The translations under genes were made by a program, and so were the position numbers. Below, piece by piece: positions 1-10,072 of a stretch of DNA of 64,000 bases. Under the pieces are notes generated by a model. It was not told where the DNA came from and ran no database searches. It worked only from the letters and a program-made list of their open reading frames with translations. The stretch spans positions 62,001 to 126,000 of the forward strand of contig NW_026250436.1 in NCBI RefSeq assembly GCF_024521635.1, written 5' to 3'. Source of the stretch: Tricharina praecox (lineage: Eukaryota). The first letter of the stretch is position 1. Every line of letters starts with the position of its first letter.

Positions 1-1033
1 TCGAAAGATTGTTCGGCGGTGATCTCGAGTGATAATCTCTGAATGTAACCCTGTGGAGCATCCCAGCGACTCGGAACAATCGGACTGAGCGAGTACATGT
101 CACCACTTCGCATCAATATGTAGAGCGTGAGTGGCCGCCAGCTCTGTTCGCCCGAGCCGAAGCAACACGCCGCCGGCTCCATCTCGTCCGAATCTGCTGC
201 GAAACCACCGACATGGCGCTTTCGGCCGCCCAGCGCGTACAGATCTAGAGACTGGTCAGGTACCTCGAACGATAGGTCGTTGCCGATGAGGAAGTCGTAG
301 GTTCTGTGTCCGAATCATCAGCCGTGCAGCTCATCACCGGGGATGCGGATCATACCGGACATAACCATCCGCCGTCAGAACGATCAAGGAAGCGCCCTCG
401 ACGCTCAGAGGATGCCACAGAACTCGCACTATCCTCGCGCCGGTATCGACATTGTGGTGGCCTCTGCCGATCCGATGGAAGCTAAATCGATCAGCCGGTT
501 GCTCTACACGCAGCACTCCCACACAGGCAACCCACTGTGGCACCACCGGTCTGGCTGCATCCCGTTTAAGGAACCCCTCTCCAGGAAGCACACAGACGGC
601 CACCTCCTTCTCTCCGACGATCGCCAGGTACAAATCATCTTGGCTGATCTCGAGTTGTCTAATCTCGAAGTCGATCTGCGGGATATTCAAAGCCTGGATA
701 GTGGTCAATACCAGCAGCAGTAGCGACAGCAGTCCCCGCATTCTCACCGTGACGAACCTTGTATTCCCTGTGTCCCACCTTCTTCGCCTCCTCTGCGACC
801 ACATCGAGACCCGGGTGCCTCGCCTTGAGATCCTGAAGGTCTGCACATCGCACCTTGTTTCCGCGGCCAACAAAGATCTCCGAGCCTCGAGTCGCGATCA
901 ATCGTTTTGGAGACACACCGGAGGTAGAATCGGAGGGGGTCGAGGGTGTGAATGTTGAGGGCGTGCTAAACAAATCGTACCCCGTCGAGGGCTTGCTTAG
1001 CCAGGAAAGTTGTTCCTCCACAACCTTCGCCAT
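1..1033 (-). CDS. NUP82: Nucleoporin Nup82/Nup88 family, N-terminal beta-propeller part; the gene runs off the left edge
   Basis: ATG at 1033 (MAKVVEEQLSWL). GT-AG introns at 694-757, 482-535 and 304-355 join in frame to give FEIRQLEISQDDLYLAIVG...IVRVLWHPLS...LIVLTADGYVRTYD...CFGSGEQSWRPLTLYILMRSGDMYSLSPIVP. The WHP and W-x-x-LTLY...GD-x-Y-x-L-x-P motifs are typical of Nup82/Nup88. Confidence 0.85.
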
Positions 1034-1327
1034 CGCGTGTTTTTTGTTCGGGACTAGTTGTGCGACCGGTTTTTTTGCGTGTAGTAATTGGACTGCGAGT
1101 GTTGAGATGGTGACGGTGGTGGTGGTGGGGAAGTCGTGTCGTTGTCGTGTTATAGGCTAGTTGTCGGCAAAGTCTTGGGAATATTAGAGGTAAGGTGACG
1201 CGTGTGAGGGAAGTTGGGTTTCTGGTTCCAAATCTCACAGACCATTCTTTCTCACCAGCGTGTTCTCCGACAACCAACCAACACCACACACTCACTCACT
1301 CACCACTCAACACATCCCCACACAGCT
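1034..1327. promoter_or_regulatory. Short bidirectional promoter between NUP82 and CBC2
   Basis: Divergent ATGs at 1033 (-) and 1328 (+) are 294 bp apart, with CA-rich leaders on each outgoing strand. ACGCGT (MCB-like) lies at 1198-1203. Confidence 0.6.
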
Positions 1328-1972
1328 ATGGCCACCATTCCCAGGAAGATTAACACCGTTCAGAACTTGGATGCGCCGTCCAGCTATTTTGAGAAGCGAG
1401 AGGTTCGTGCTGTGCTTCCTTTGTCGCATTAATTCTTTGTCTTCACATGAGCAATTACAGCGACTGACGCACTCCTGTCCGCACAGACCAAACGCCAGCG
1501 TACCGGCGACGCTCCCGCCGCACGCGAAGACCCTCTCAAGGACGCGGCGACTCTCTATGTTGGCAATCTGTACCTCCTCCGTCTCGACCCCCTTCCACCG
1601 CCTACTTTCACTAACAACCACACGCACAGCTCCTTCTACACAACCGAAGAGCAAATACACGAGCTCTTCAGCAAATGCGGCGAGATCAAGCGTCTGGTGA
1701 TGGGACTGGACCGCTTCAACAAGACTCCCTGCGGCTTCTGTTTTGTCGAGTACTACACGCACACGGATGCGCTGGACGCGATGAAATACGTTGGCGGCAC
1801 CAAGCTCGACGAACGTATCATCCGTACCGACCTTGATCCTGGATTCAAGGAAGGACGGCAGTACGGTCGTGGTCCGACCGGAGGCCAGGTTAGAGATTAC
1901 TACCGTGAGGACTATGATCCGGGCCGTGGAGGCTACGGCGGCCGAGAGCAGAGAATTGCAGGGAAGAATTAG
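1328..1972 (+). CDS. CBC2: Nuclear cap-binding complex small subunit (CBP20/NCBP2), RRM protein
   Basis: Exons 1328-1402, 1487-1569, 1630-1972. The spliced protein contains [49 protein letters not shown]...[24 protein letters not shown], the CBP20 signature. Confidence 0.96.
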
Positions 1973-2296
1973 GTTCTTGCTCGACTTGTTGGGAACTGAT
2001 GCGACGAGGAGCGTGTATTTGTACTTACTTGAATGCTGCTGCCATTTGCGAGGACTTTTGTTCTGGCACTTCTGTTGGTGATGAGCCTTTCTTCTACCTG
2101 GTTTACCCGGCAATCGTGACACAATCATGAAATTCGAAGTATCTCAAGCTCGTGAGTTCACCATGCCAGATTTCACCGACTAGTAACTGTGAGAAGATAT
2201 TATACGTCTTAGCACAAACACATCTAATACCGTACATACACGTAAACCAGCTCTCCCTTCCAATCATGACAGAATCCTCTATAGCATCTGCATGTT

Positions 2297-2867
2297 CTAG
2301 CGATACCTAACCTTCTGCCCTCCGCGCGCCTCCATCTTCGCCTGCCGCTTACTTGCGCCCGCCTGTTGCTCCTCCTGCGGCTGCGACATCTGCGGCATCC
2401 CCGGCACAGACCCTCCCGCAAAGCCTTTATACAAGCCCCAGGCGAGATAACCGGCATACGCGGGCACGACCAGTCCGACCCACCACGCCCACTCTCCGAG
2501 GACACCGACCAATCCCAGGCAAATCCACGTGACGTGCACGATATCCCACAGGTACTCGGTCACGCCCTTGGCGGCCATGTCCTCGCCGGGGTTAAACAGC
2601 TCGCCGTTGGCGGCGAAGCGCGGCCGTCCAAGCTTGTCGAGGTAGTACTCCGTGAGCAACGACGGCGCCGAGAGGAGGAGGTATTTGGTGAGCGAGCCGC
2701 GCAGGTAGATGAGCCGGTAGATGATGAAGACCGCGTGCAGCGCTGCCGTGATCATGTGTGTTCGACGCAGGGTGAGCGTGTTGGTGCGCGCCAGGGATTT
2801 AGAGGCTTTCTGGACGGTGTTAGTTATCTATTAGGATGAGTGGGATGGGTAAGCGTACATTTGCCAT
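2297..2867 (-). CDS. SND2: SRP-independent targeting protein SND2/TMEM208 (DUF788), ER membrane protein
   Basis: Exon 1 is 2859-2867 (MAN), then intron 2810-2858 (GTACGC...CTAAC...CAG), then KASKSLARTN...GRPRF...GEDMAAKGVTEYLWDIVHVTW...VPAYAGY...SKRQAKMEARGGQKVRYR, matching the DUF788 pattern. Confidence 0.9.
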
Positions 2868-3632
2868 GATTGTGGATGGTTGTGGTGGTAGTTGTGGAGA
2901 TGGTTGTCGGAAGTTGAACAGGAGATGGATGGTCAAGTACACCATCTGTCTCCGTCATTGGTCTCGCCGACCCTGCACTAAGGGAGCAACAAATATGTGG
3001 CCAGTATGAACGCCGCTAGTTACTGGTGGTTTGAGCCGCAGACACCCGGACTCCGAGAACCCTTCACTACACTTCGACATGAGGAATTGCCCGAGGTGGA
3101 CATTGAGGTAAGCTTGTTATTGACCGAGGGGAATTGTTCTCGAGACCATGAACCAAATTTCTTACGAGTCACCTCTGCAATCTTGAAGGCGAAGTAGAAT
3201 AGGTACCCAGGTGGAGCACACTCAGACATGCCTATTTAGAGTACCTAGAGCCTCTTAGAAATAGAGTTATCTCTGCATTTCCAAGGCATTGAGAACAAAC
3301 AAACTTTTCGTATGAATGGAAAGGTTTACATAAGAGGAATATTCTCTCAAGTCTGAACCACGCATTATTCAGAAACCCATTCAGAGGTGACGGTAAATCG
3401 CCAAGTCACTTCACCGAACCGAATCAGGACCAGAACACCCCACACAAACCCGCATCGGGTAGGAGACCAATCGTTTTCGGCGCTTCCAAAAAATTTCGGC
3501 TGATTGAGTGTGGAGAAAGGAACAACGTTGAGCACTTGAGCACACCTAGAACACTTGCCTAGAACACTTACCTGTCCTCACACCTCTCCAAGGCCACCCC
3601 GTCTGTCATCCATCTCCTTCCCCGCCAGCCAG

Positions 3633-3701
3633 GTGAGCTTCTAAGAACCTCAGCGGACTACCGAAATAATACGGCCAAAGCTCTCGCTAACTTTGCAAAA
3701 G
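3633..3701 (+). other. Putative 5' UTR intron of the BFR1-like gene
   Basis: CAG|GTGAGC donor at 3633, GCTAAC branch point at 3686-3691, AAG acceptor ending at 3701, 18 nt before the ATG at 3720. Confidence 0.6.
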
Positions 3702-3719
3702 TCCACGTTGTCACTCACC

Positions 3720-5461
3720 ATGGCCGCCGCTTCTCCCGTCTCCACCCCCGCCGCCGGTGCTGCCGCCGCCGACAAGAAGGCCGTCATCAAGCCCGAGCGC
3801 CCCGACGAGGATGCGTACCACGCGGCCGAGGCTGTAGCCAAGAAGGCGGTCGAGGAAGTACAAGCGAAGCTGGTATATACCTACATCACACCATCGCATC
3901 CACCCAACACAGCTGACGAAAGGGGGGGTGCAGGACGAGGTCCGGGCAAAGATCGACCTGGCGAAATCCGGAAACTCCAGAAACCCGCGGCAGCAGGAGC
4001 TCAAGGTCGAACTTGCCGACATTCGGTCTCAGGTTGCCGACAAGAAGGGTTCTCGCTCCAAGACTGAGGAGCAGATCTCGACGCTTCAGGACAGCATCAA
4101 TGCCCGCGTCAAGGAGCTCAATGCGAAGAAGAATAGGCTGCCTTACCGCACCCTCGCCGATCTCGAGGCGGCCGTCTTCAAGCTCGATAAGGATGTTGAG
4201 AGCGGAATGATGAAGATTGTCGATGAAAAGAAGGCAATCCAGGAGATCAACAACCTGAGCAGACAGAAGAAGACCTTTGGCGAGATGGACACTGCACAGA
4301 AGAGCATCGATGCCGACCGTGCCAGACTGAAGGAGTTGAAGGACCAGAAGCAGGATCCCGTCCTGAAGGAGCTCAACGAGAGGTACGACGCTTTGGACAA
4401 GGAGTTCAAGGCGATCAAGGCCGAGCAGAACTCTGCGTAAATAACCACCCAGCCACTTTTCGCACTCCCGGGCTAACATCCACCAGCTACGAGAACCTCA
4501 GCGCCCTCCAGAGCGAACGTGACCGGCTCCAGGCCATCCGCCAGGAGAAGTCGCAAGCGCTCAAGCAGATCCATGGGGATTTCATCCGAAGCCGTAACGC
4601 ATACCGGAACTACGAACGGGAAGCGCGCAAGATCCGCGACGAGCGCCGAGCCAAGGAGCAAGCCGAGTACCATCTCCAGAAGAAGCGTGCCGTCGCGGCC
4701 GCGAAGCTCGAGAAAGCCTCGATTCCCGCTTACGCTGAGGAGATCATCGCTTGCGAAAATCTCATCATCTTCTTTGACCCTAGCTCTGCTGAGGCTGCCC
4801 GGAAGGCCAAGAATGTGGCTGCTCCCCGTGAGCTCGCGGCGAAGGCTGTCCATGATGTTAAGCCCTTTGAGGGAAAGCAGGGCAAGGAGCTTGTCAAGGT
4901 GCAGGAGGATTACTTCGTCGGCACCGGAGGAAAGAAGAAGAAGGGCAAGAAGACCCGTGCTCCCGCCGATGAGACCTCCGAGGCTGCTGCCCCCGCCGCG
5001 CCTACAAAGATCAACCTTAACGTTGGACTGCTCGAGGAGCTGGCCAAGGTTGATGTGCCGACACCCGCTAGTGCTGATGAACTGCCCCACGTGCTCGCGA
5101 AGCTGAGGGAAAAGCTTCAGTACTACAAAGAAAACCAGGACAAGGTCACCCAGGCGGTTAGTACTCCGAAAACCTACAAATCATGAAATGGTTAGCTGAC
5201 GAAGTGATACGATAGAACATCGCCAAGGCCCAGAAGGAGATCGACAAGCTTGAGGGGGCCGACGAGTCCGCCGAAGCTGAGGCCTCCCCCGTCGCCGCCT
5301 CTCCTGCCGTCGAAGAGGAGAAGGCGGAGGAAGAGGTGAAAGAAGAGAAGGAGGTGAAGGGGGAGAACGAAGAGAAGGAGGACAAGGAGGAGGCCCCTCC
5401 TACTTCCACCGAAGCCGTGTCTGAGGAGGAACCGAAGGAGGAGACCGCCGCCGAGTCGTAA
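3720..5461 (+). CDS. BFR1: Bfr1-like coiled-coil protein (nuclear segregation / ER-polysome mRNP protein)
   Basis: Exons 3720-3872, 3934-4436, 4487-5156, 5216-5461, all GT-AG with branch sites. Motifs KPERPDE, LDKDVESGMMKIVDEKKAIQEI, ASIPAYAEEI, DYFVGTGGKKKKGKK and KLQYYKENQDKVT, with an acidic tail. Confidence 0.85.
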
Positions 5462-6192
5462 ACGAACCCAAGAGCTCTAGTAGATAGTGGCGGGCTCATA
5501 AAGCCCGTGGACACGACGCTGTAGATGGTGCTGGGGGAGTTGACGAGTGAGAGCGAAAGCGACTGTTGTTTGTACTTAGGTGTTTCCTTCCTGTATTTTA
5601 CTTTCTGGGGGAAAAAGCATTCTCTTTTGTCGGATCAGGAGGGGTTGGTGGGGGTTAAAGTGGGAGATAATAGATTATTTTCTTGTTTCTCTTCATTACT
5701 ATCCAGACAATGGCGAGACGTACTGTCCGAGTATCCTGTCTGCCGTCTGGACAACCGGCCGGTTCGCAGCGGCCCACTTCTTCTGCTCACCGCCTGGGCA
5801 ATGCGAGGTAGAGTGTACCAAGGATATACCCAGAAATGGTGATCCGGTCTCTCCCTCGAAGGGGCCGGGTAGCCTACTGCTCCGACTTCTGGTTCACGAA
5901 GAATGACATGTCTCGAGTGATATGTCGTGCCCTCACTCGATTGTGAAACAAAGGGATCTCGTAGATCTGCAGGTATCTCAAAAGAGATGATAAAGGTTGA
6001 GCCAAACCTACACCGAGCGAGTGATGTAGCTGAGTTGGGCTGCAAGCCTCTCTTCAAACAAGTCTGTACCTTCCTTCCCTACCCTTTTCGACCACCCGCA
6101 CTCTCCCATCAACCAGACACCCTCGCTCTACCACAACTACCTGTTTCCCCAACCACCATCACCACCCAACAAACATTCCTTACCATCACGAA

Positions 6193-7344
6193 ATGCCTCC
6201 CTCCAAAGTTACCGATGCAGGCATGAGCAGCTCCAATAAGCCTCCGCTTACACCGCCTAGCTCGGACAACGACACCGACGACTTCTCCCCAAGTAGCATG
6301 TTAACCCTAACTGTCAAGATTGACAGTCCAGACATGGACGATATACCCTATCCCGTAGAGATCAGACTAGAGACCGACGGCTTCGGCGCATTCGCCGGCG
6401 TTTCCGGCACCGTCGATCCCAGCAATCTTAGCAAGCTCAGCTCGACGGCCCTAGCCTTGGGCGGCAGCTACGACAGCATCGACGACGACGCTATCACCGA
6501 TGACAGCGACGACGAGATGCCCCCGCTCGTGGCCAGCGGCAGCTCCGAGCTGTCGGACCCCGTCTCGGCGAACATCTCCGACCCCGAAGGCTCCAGCGAC
6601 GTCGAGTTCGAGAACGTCGAATTCGAGACCGGCCTCCAGTCGCCGATCATCATCTCGTCGTCGAGCGTCATCCCATCGGAGAGCGACTGGCCCAGCTCCG
6701 AATCCGACCCCGACGACGAGGAGGAGACCACCTCAAACTCCACCTTCAAGCTGGTGTACACACCCAACAAGTGCACCGAGTCGCCTCTTGCGCCGCTGCT
6801 GCTGCTCCGCATCCCGTGCGTCAACGGCTCGCAGTCGGGCGCCATCCACTTCCACCCGCTGTTCTCGTGGTCGGCAATGGCCGTGCCGCCTTCGAACCTC
6901 CGCAGTGCGATCTCTCTGCGGGAGACCAGCGGCCGCCAGACGACGCTGTGCTCGTCGCATTTCCTGCCGGGCATCCCCTCGCGCCTATTCCCGCTCACCA
7001 TGTACGAGGTCCTGAACGCTGTCTACTCGAAGCTGGAGATCGTGTATAGCCCCTGGGAGTTGGGAGCGGGCCCCCAAGATGGATGGTACGCCGAGTGGTG
7101 CGGCGAGCAGGTGCACTATGCTGGCCTCACGCTGCAGGATTACCTCGACGATGCGAGGGAGAAGAACCTGGCCGTCGCGGTGTTCGGGCTTAGGTCCACG
7201 GAGGGCTGTGACTGGGTTGAGGATATAGGGTTTGGTGGCATGGAGGAGTGGATGGTGGCGAGAGAGGGCCGCAGGATGAGGGATAATTGGGTGGAGGATC
7301 CGGATAGTGTTGTTTGGTTGCGTACGGGAGTGATGGGTGGGTAG
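6193..7344 (+). CDS. Hypothetical protein, 383 aa: acidic Ser/Asp/Glu-rich N-terminal half and a globular C-terminal domain of about 200 aa
   Basis: Intronless ATG-TAG ORF with strong GC3 codon bias, a CA-rich leader and an AT-rich 3' flank like the neighbouring real genes. No family recognised with confidence. Confidence 0.75.
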   Translation: MPPSKVTDAGMSSSNKPPLTPPSSDNDTDDFSPSSMLTLTVKIDSPDMDDIPYPVEIRLETDGFGAFAGVSGTVDPSNLSKLSSTALALGGSYDSIDDDAITDDSDDEMPPLVASGSSELSDPVSANISDPEGSSDVEFENVEFETGLQSPIIISSSSVIPSESDWPSSESDPDDEEETTSNSTFKLVYTPNKCTESPLAPLLLLRIPCVNGSQSGAIHFHPLFSWSAMAVPPSNLRSAISLRETSGRQTTLCSSHFLPGIPSRLFPLTMYEVLNAVYSKLEIVYSPWELGAGPQDGWYAEWCGEQVHYAGLTLQDYLDDAREKNLAVAVFGLRSTEGCDWVEDIGFGGMEEWMVAREGRRMRDNWVEDPDSVVWLRTGVMGG

Positions 7345-7679
7345 ATGGGTTGCCGAGCTAGAGATTTCTTGTGGCCTTTTAATGATTTGATTTTGTTTTG
7401 CATAGAAGATACGGCTGATAGATTTATTTTTTCAATTGTTGGATTTGACCAAGGCTGTTGATGGTCTACAATGTACTTAGTTGAGGTCGATCGCCGAGGA
7501 GTTAACATTGCGAGTGCTACAGTATTATTAGTGTTTATACCTAGCGTACTAATTGCAATTGCTGTTTGGAGTTCCGTTTTATCCGCCTCAGGTCAATCGA
7601 ACTCTGCGGAGCGTATGAGCCTGTAACTACTCTAGTGTTCTGCAGGGCCCGTAGCGAGTGATGCCCAATGCACGACTAC

Positions 7680-7740
7680 ATGACGTCAACCCCGACGTCA
7701 TAGATCACGGTGATCCCCAACGCCGCTCCTTCGTATATAT
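7680..7740 (+). promoter_or_regulatory. PET8 proximal promoter: two CRE/CYS3-like bZIP sites, a GATCAC-G-GTGATC palindrome and a TATA-like box
   Basis: ATGACGTCAA at 7680-7689, CCGACGTCAT at 7692-7701, GATCACGGTGATC at 7703-7715 and TATATAT at 7734-7740; ATG at 7784. Confidence 0.4.
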
Positions 7741-7783
7741 CGCAACCCCGCCAATTCCTCTTCTACACCACCCCAACTACACG

Positions 7784-8635
7784 ATGACACACACAGACAT
7801 CCTCCTCTCCGGCGCGTTCGCGGCGTTCACGGTCGACCTCCTCGTCTACCCACTGGACACGATCAAGACCCGCCTCCAATCCCCGGCGCATCGGCACCTT
7901 CCCTTATTCGGCGGTTTATACCAAGGCCTTGGCCCCGTCATCCTGGCGACGCTCCCCAGCTCCGCCGTCTTCTTCACGACATACGAGTTCGTGCGCTCGC
8001 ACCTGCCGCCCGACCGCGTCGCCAGCAACATGCTCGCCTCGTCTGTCGCCGAGATCGCCGCTTGCGCGGTTGTGACTCCTGCGGAGGTCGTGAAGCAGAA
8101 TGCGCAGGTTGTGCAGAAGGGTGCTGGGGCGGGGGCGGGGGCGGGGAAGGGGGTGGGGAAGGAGGTGGGCGCGGTGCTGCAGGCGTTTAGGGGGATACGA
8201 CGCACGAGGGATCTGTGGACGGGCTATGTCGCCCTCGTGGCTAGGAATCTGCCGTACGTGGCGCTGCAGTTCCCCGCGTTCGAGTGGTTGAAGGCTCGCT
8301 GGTGTCCGAAGGATGCGGGGGGGCTAGAGACCGCCGTGTGGAGTGGGGTGGCGGCTGGTAGTGCGGGAGTCGGCGCCGCGTGGGTCACGACGCCGGTCGA
8401 TGTCGTCAAGACGAGGATTATGCTCGCTGCTGGGGAGGCGGGCGGCGGAACGAAGATTAGGGGCGTGGTCGCTGATATCCTTAGGGAGGAGGGCGTGAGG
8501 GGCCTCTGGAGGGGCGCGGGGATTAGAGCTGCGTGGACCATGCTGGGCAGTGGGCTGTATCTGGGCGTGTATGAGGGGAGTAAGGTGTGGTTGGAGGAGA
8601 GGAGGAGGGGGAAGGAGGAGCAGGTGAGGATTTAG
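7784..8635 (+). CDS. PET8: Mitochondrial carrier family protein, S-adenosylmethionine carrier type (Pet8/Sam5, SLC25A26-like)
   Basis: Three Px[DE]xx[KR] carrier motifs (PLDTIKTRLQ, PAEVVKQNAQ, PVDVVKTRIM). The segments GLYQGLGPVILATLPSSAVFFTTYE, RNLPYVALQFPAFE and LYLGVYE fit the SAM-carrier subfamily. Intronless. Confidence 0.85.
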   Translation: MTHTDILLSGAFAAFTVDLLVYPLDTIKTRLQSPAHRHLPLFGGLYQGLGPVILATLPSSAVFFTTYEFVRSHLPPDRVASNMLASSVAEIAACAVVTPAEVVKQNAQVVQKGAGAGAGAGKGVGKEVGAVLQAFRGIRRTRDLWTGYVALVARNLPYVALQFPAFEWLKARWCPKDAGGLETAVWSGVAAGSAGVGAAWVTTPVDVVKTRIMLAAGEAGGGTKIRGVVADILREEGVRGLWRGAGIRAAWTMLGSGLYLGVYEGSKVWLEERRRGKEEQVRI

Positions 8636-9512
8636 ATGCGGGGAGATATACGGTATGATGGAGAAATGTACAATGTGTAGACTAGATCTTAGACTAGACC
8701 GGACGGTGGAGTAATGTATGATAGAATAGAGTACGGTACAGTGCTGTCTCGGGTCTTCAGATATAGAACGATCACTCATTCTCCTGAGCGCAGAAAGGAA
8801 CCCCTTGATTTCCTCTTGAGAATCAACCAAGCTGGATTATCGTAGAGTAATGAACCCGTCATCGAGGAGGAGTGACTCAGAGGTTGGCTACGTCGATACG
8901 AAGATGACCTCCGTAGTATCTCACTCGCACGCGGAGTGATGTGGATGATGCGGAATTGGCCGGTTGATGTTCTGGCTCTACAGATGGCTCTACAGATGGC
9001 TCTACAACGGGTTCACTTTATAAGTTTAGATGCAGTGATATATACGGTATTATATAGATGGAGAAATGTACGATATGTAGACTACCTAGACTACTTAGAC
9101 TATACTGGACGGCGGAGTAATGTGGAATAGAATAGAGTACGGTACAGTGCTGTCTCGGATTTCCATATTTCTCCTGAGCGCAGAAAGGTTCCCCACATCT
9201 TTGAAACCCCTTTACTTCCTCTAGAGAATCAACCATGCTGGATTTAAGGAGAGGTATGAACCCGTCATCCAGGAGGAGTGACTAAGAGGTTGGGTAGGTA
9301 CGTCGATACGAAGGTGAGCTCCCTGGGATATCACTCGCAACCGGAGTGATGCGGATGTTGCGGAATTGGCCGGTCGATTTTCTGGCTCTACAAAGTGTGG
9401 GTTAGAGTTCGGGTATCATACGTCGGTACGAAGATGACCACCGTGATATCTCACTCGCAAGCGGAGTGATGCGGATGATGCGGAACTGGCCGGTTGATGT
9501 TCTGGCTCTACA
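8631..9512. repeat. Diverged tandem duplication (unit of about 390 bp x2) with a 94-bp core present three times
   Basis: Copy A is about 8631-9006 and copy B about 9025-9392. The 94-bp cores are at 8889-8982, 9299-9392 and 9419-9512 (TACGTCG.TACGAAG.TGA...TCACTCGCA..CGGAGTGATG.GGATG.TGCGGAA.TGGCCGGT.GAT.TTCTGGCTCTACA). TGGCTCTACAGA is repeated about 3 times at 8973-9006. Confidence 0.93.
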
Positions 9513-10072
9513 AATGGCCCATACGAGTGACCGCCACTAAGGTTGTAGCTTTTCCTCCTCTTCCCCCTCTGTGTGCAGTACTTTCTCTAGCCGTAGAGTG
9601 GAGATGTGGGTTTGTTACAACCTTACAGCTTGTCGTGTATAAATTCCAGTGGAGTGACCCAATGTGCGTGGCCTATGACAAGTGAATGCAACTATGATAT
9701 ACGCCGCTGACTGGTAGCATCTCATGTCCAGCTGTAAGCTACAGCATATCTTACACTGATCCAATGCAACTATCGCAATGCAGTGCAGTTCAATCCCAAT
9801 TTATAGCCTAGCCCTGGACAACAGCAAAGGATATGATACACCCAGCATACTCCCCATGCATCCCACGCATCCCATCAATCTCATGAATCCCTCCGTATAG
9901 TAAGGTAAGGTAAGAAGAAGATAAAAAAGAAAAAACACCACACGCCCACCGATAAGTACATTACACCCATGCCCAATTTCAAAAATTTCAAAATCAAAAT
10001 ATCAAAAACACCGATATACCCAGCACCCGCACCTGAAACGGCCCCTGCACCCAACCCGCACCCAAAAAATCA

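Noticed and set aside
1307..2128. 273-aa antisense ORF over CBC2, and similar shadow ORFs over BFR1, SconB, the HAUS3-like and CBM21 genes
   Set aside because: Antisense or alternative-frame shadows caused by high GC3 codon usage of the real genes.
6301..6311. TTAACCCTAAC resembling a telomere repeat or telomerase template
   Set aside because: Single occurrence inside a well-formed ORF, with no tandem telomeric array.
7658..7783. N-terminal extension of PET8 given in the ORF track
   Set aside because: It overlaps promoter-like motifs and a TATA-like box; carrier homology begins at the Met encoded at 7784.
8889..9512. CRISPR-like or C/D snoRNA interpretation of the triple repeat
   Set aside because: The context is eukaryotic, the units are 94 bp with non-unique spacing and there are no cas genes. 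I found no proper RUGAUGA...CUGA box pair.
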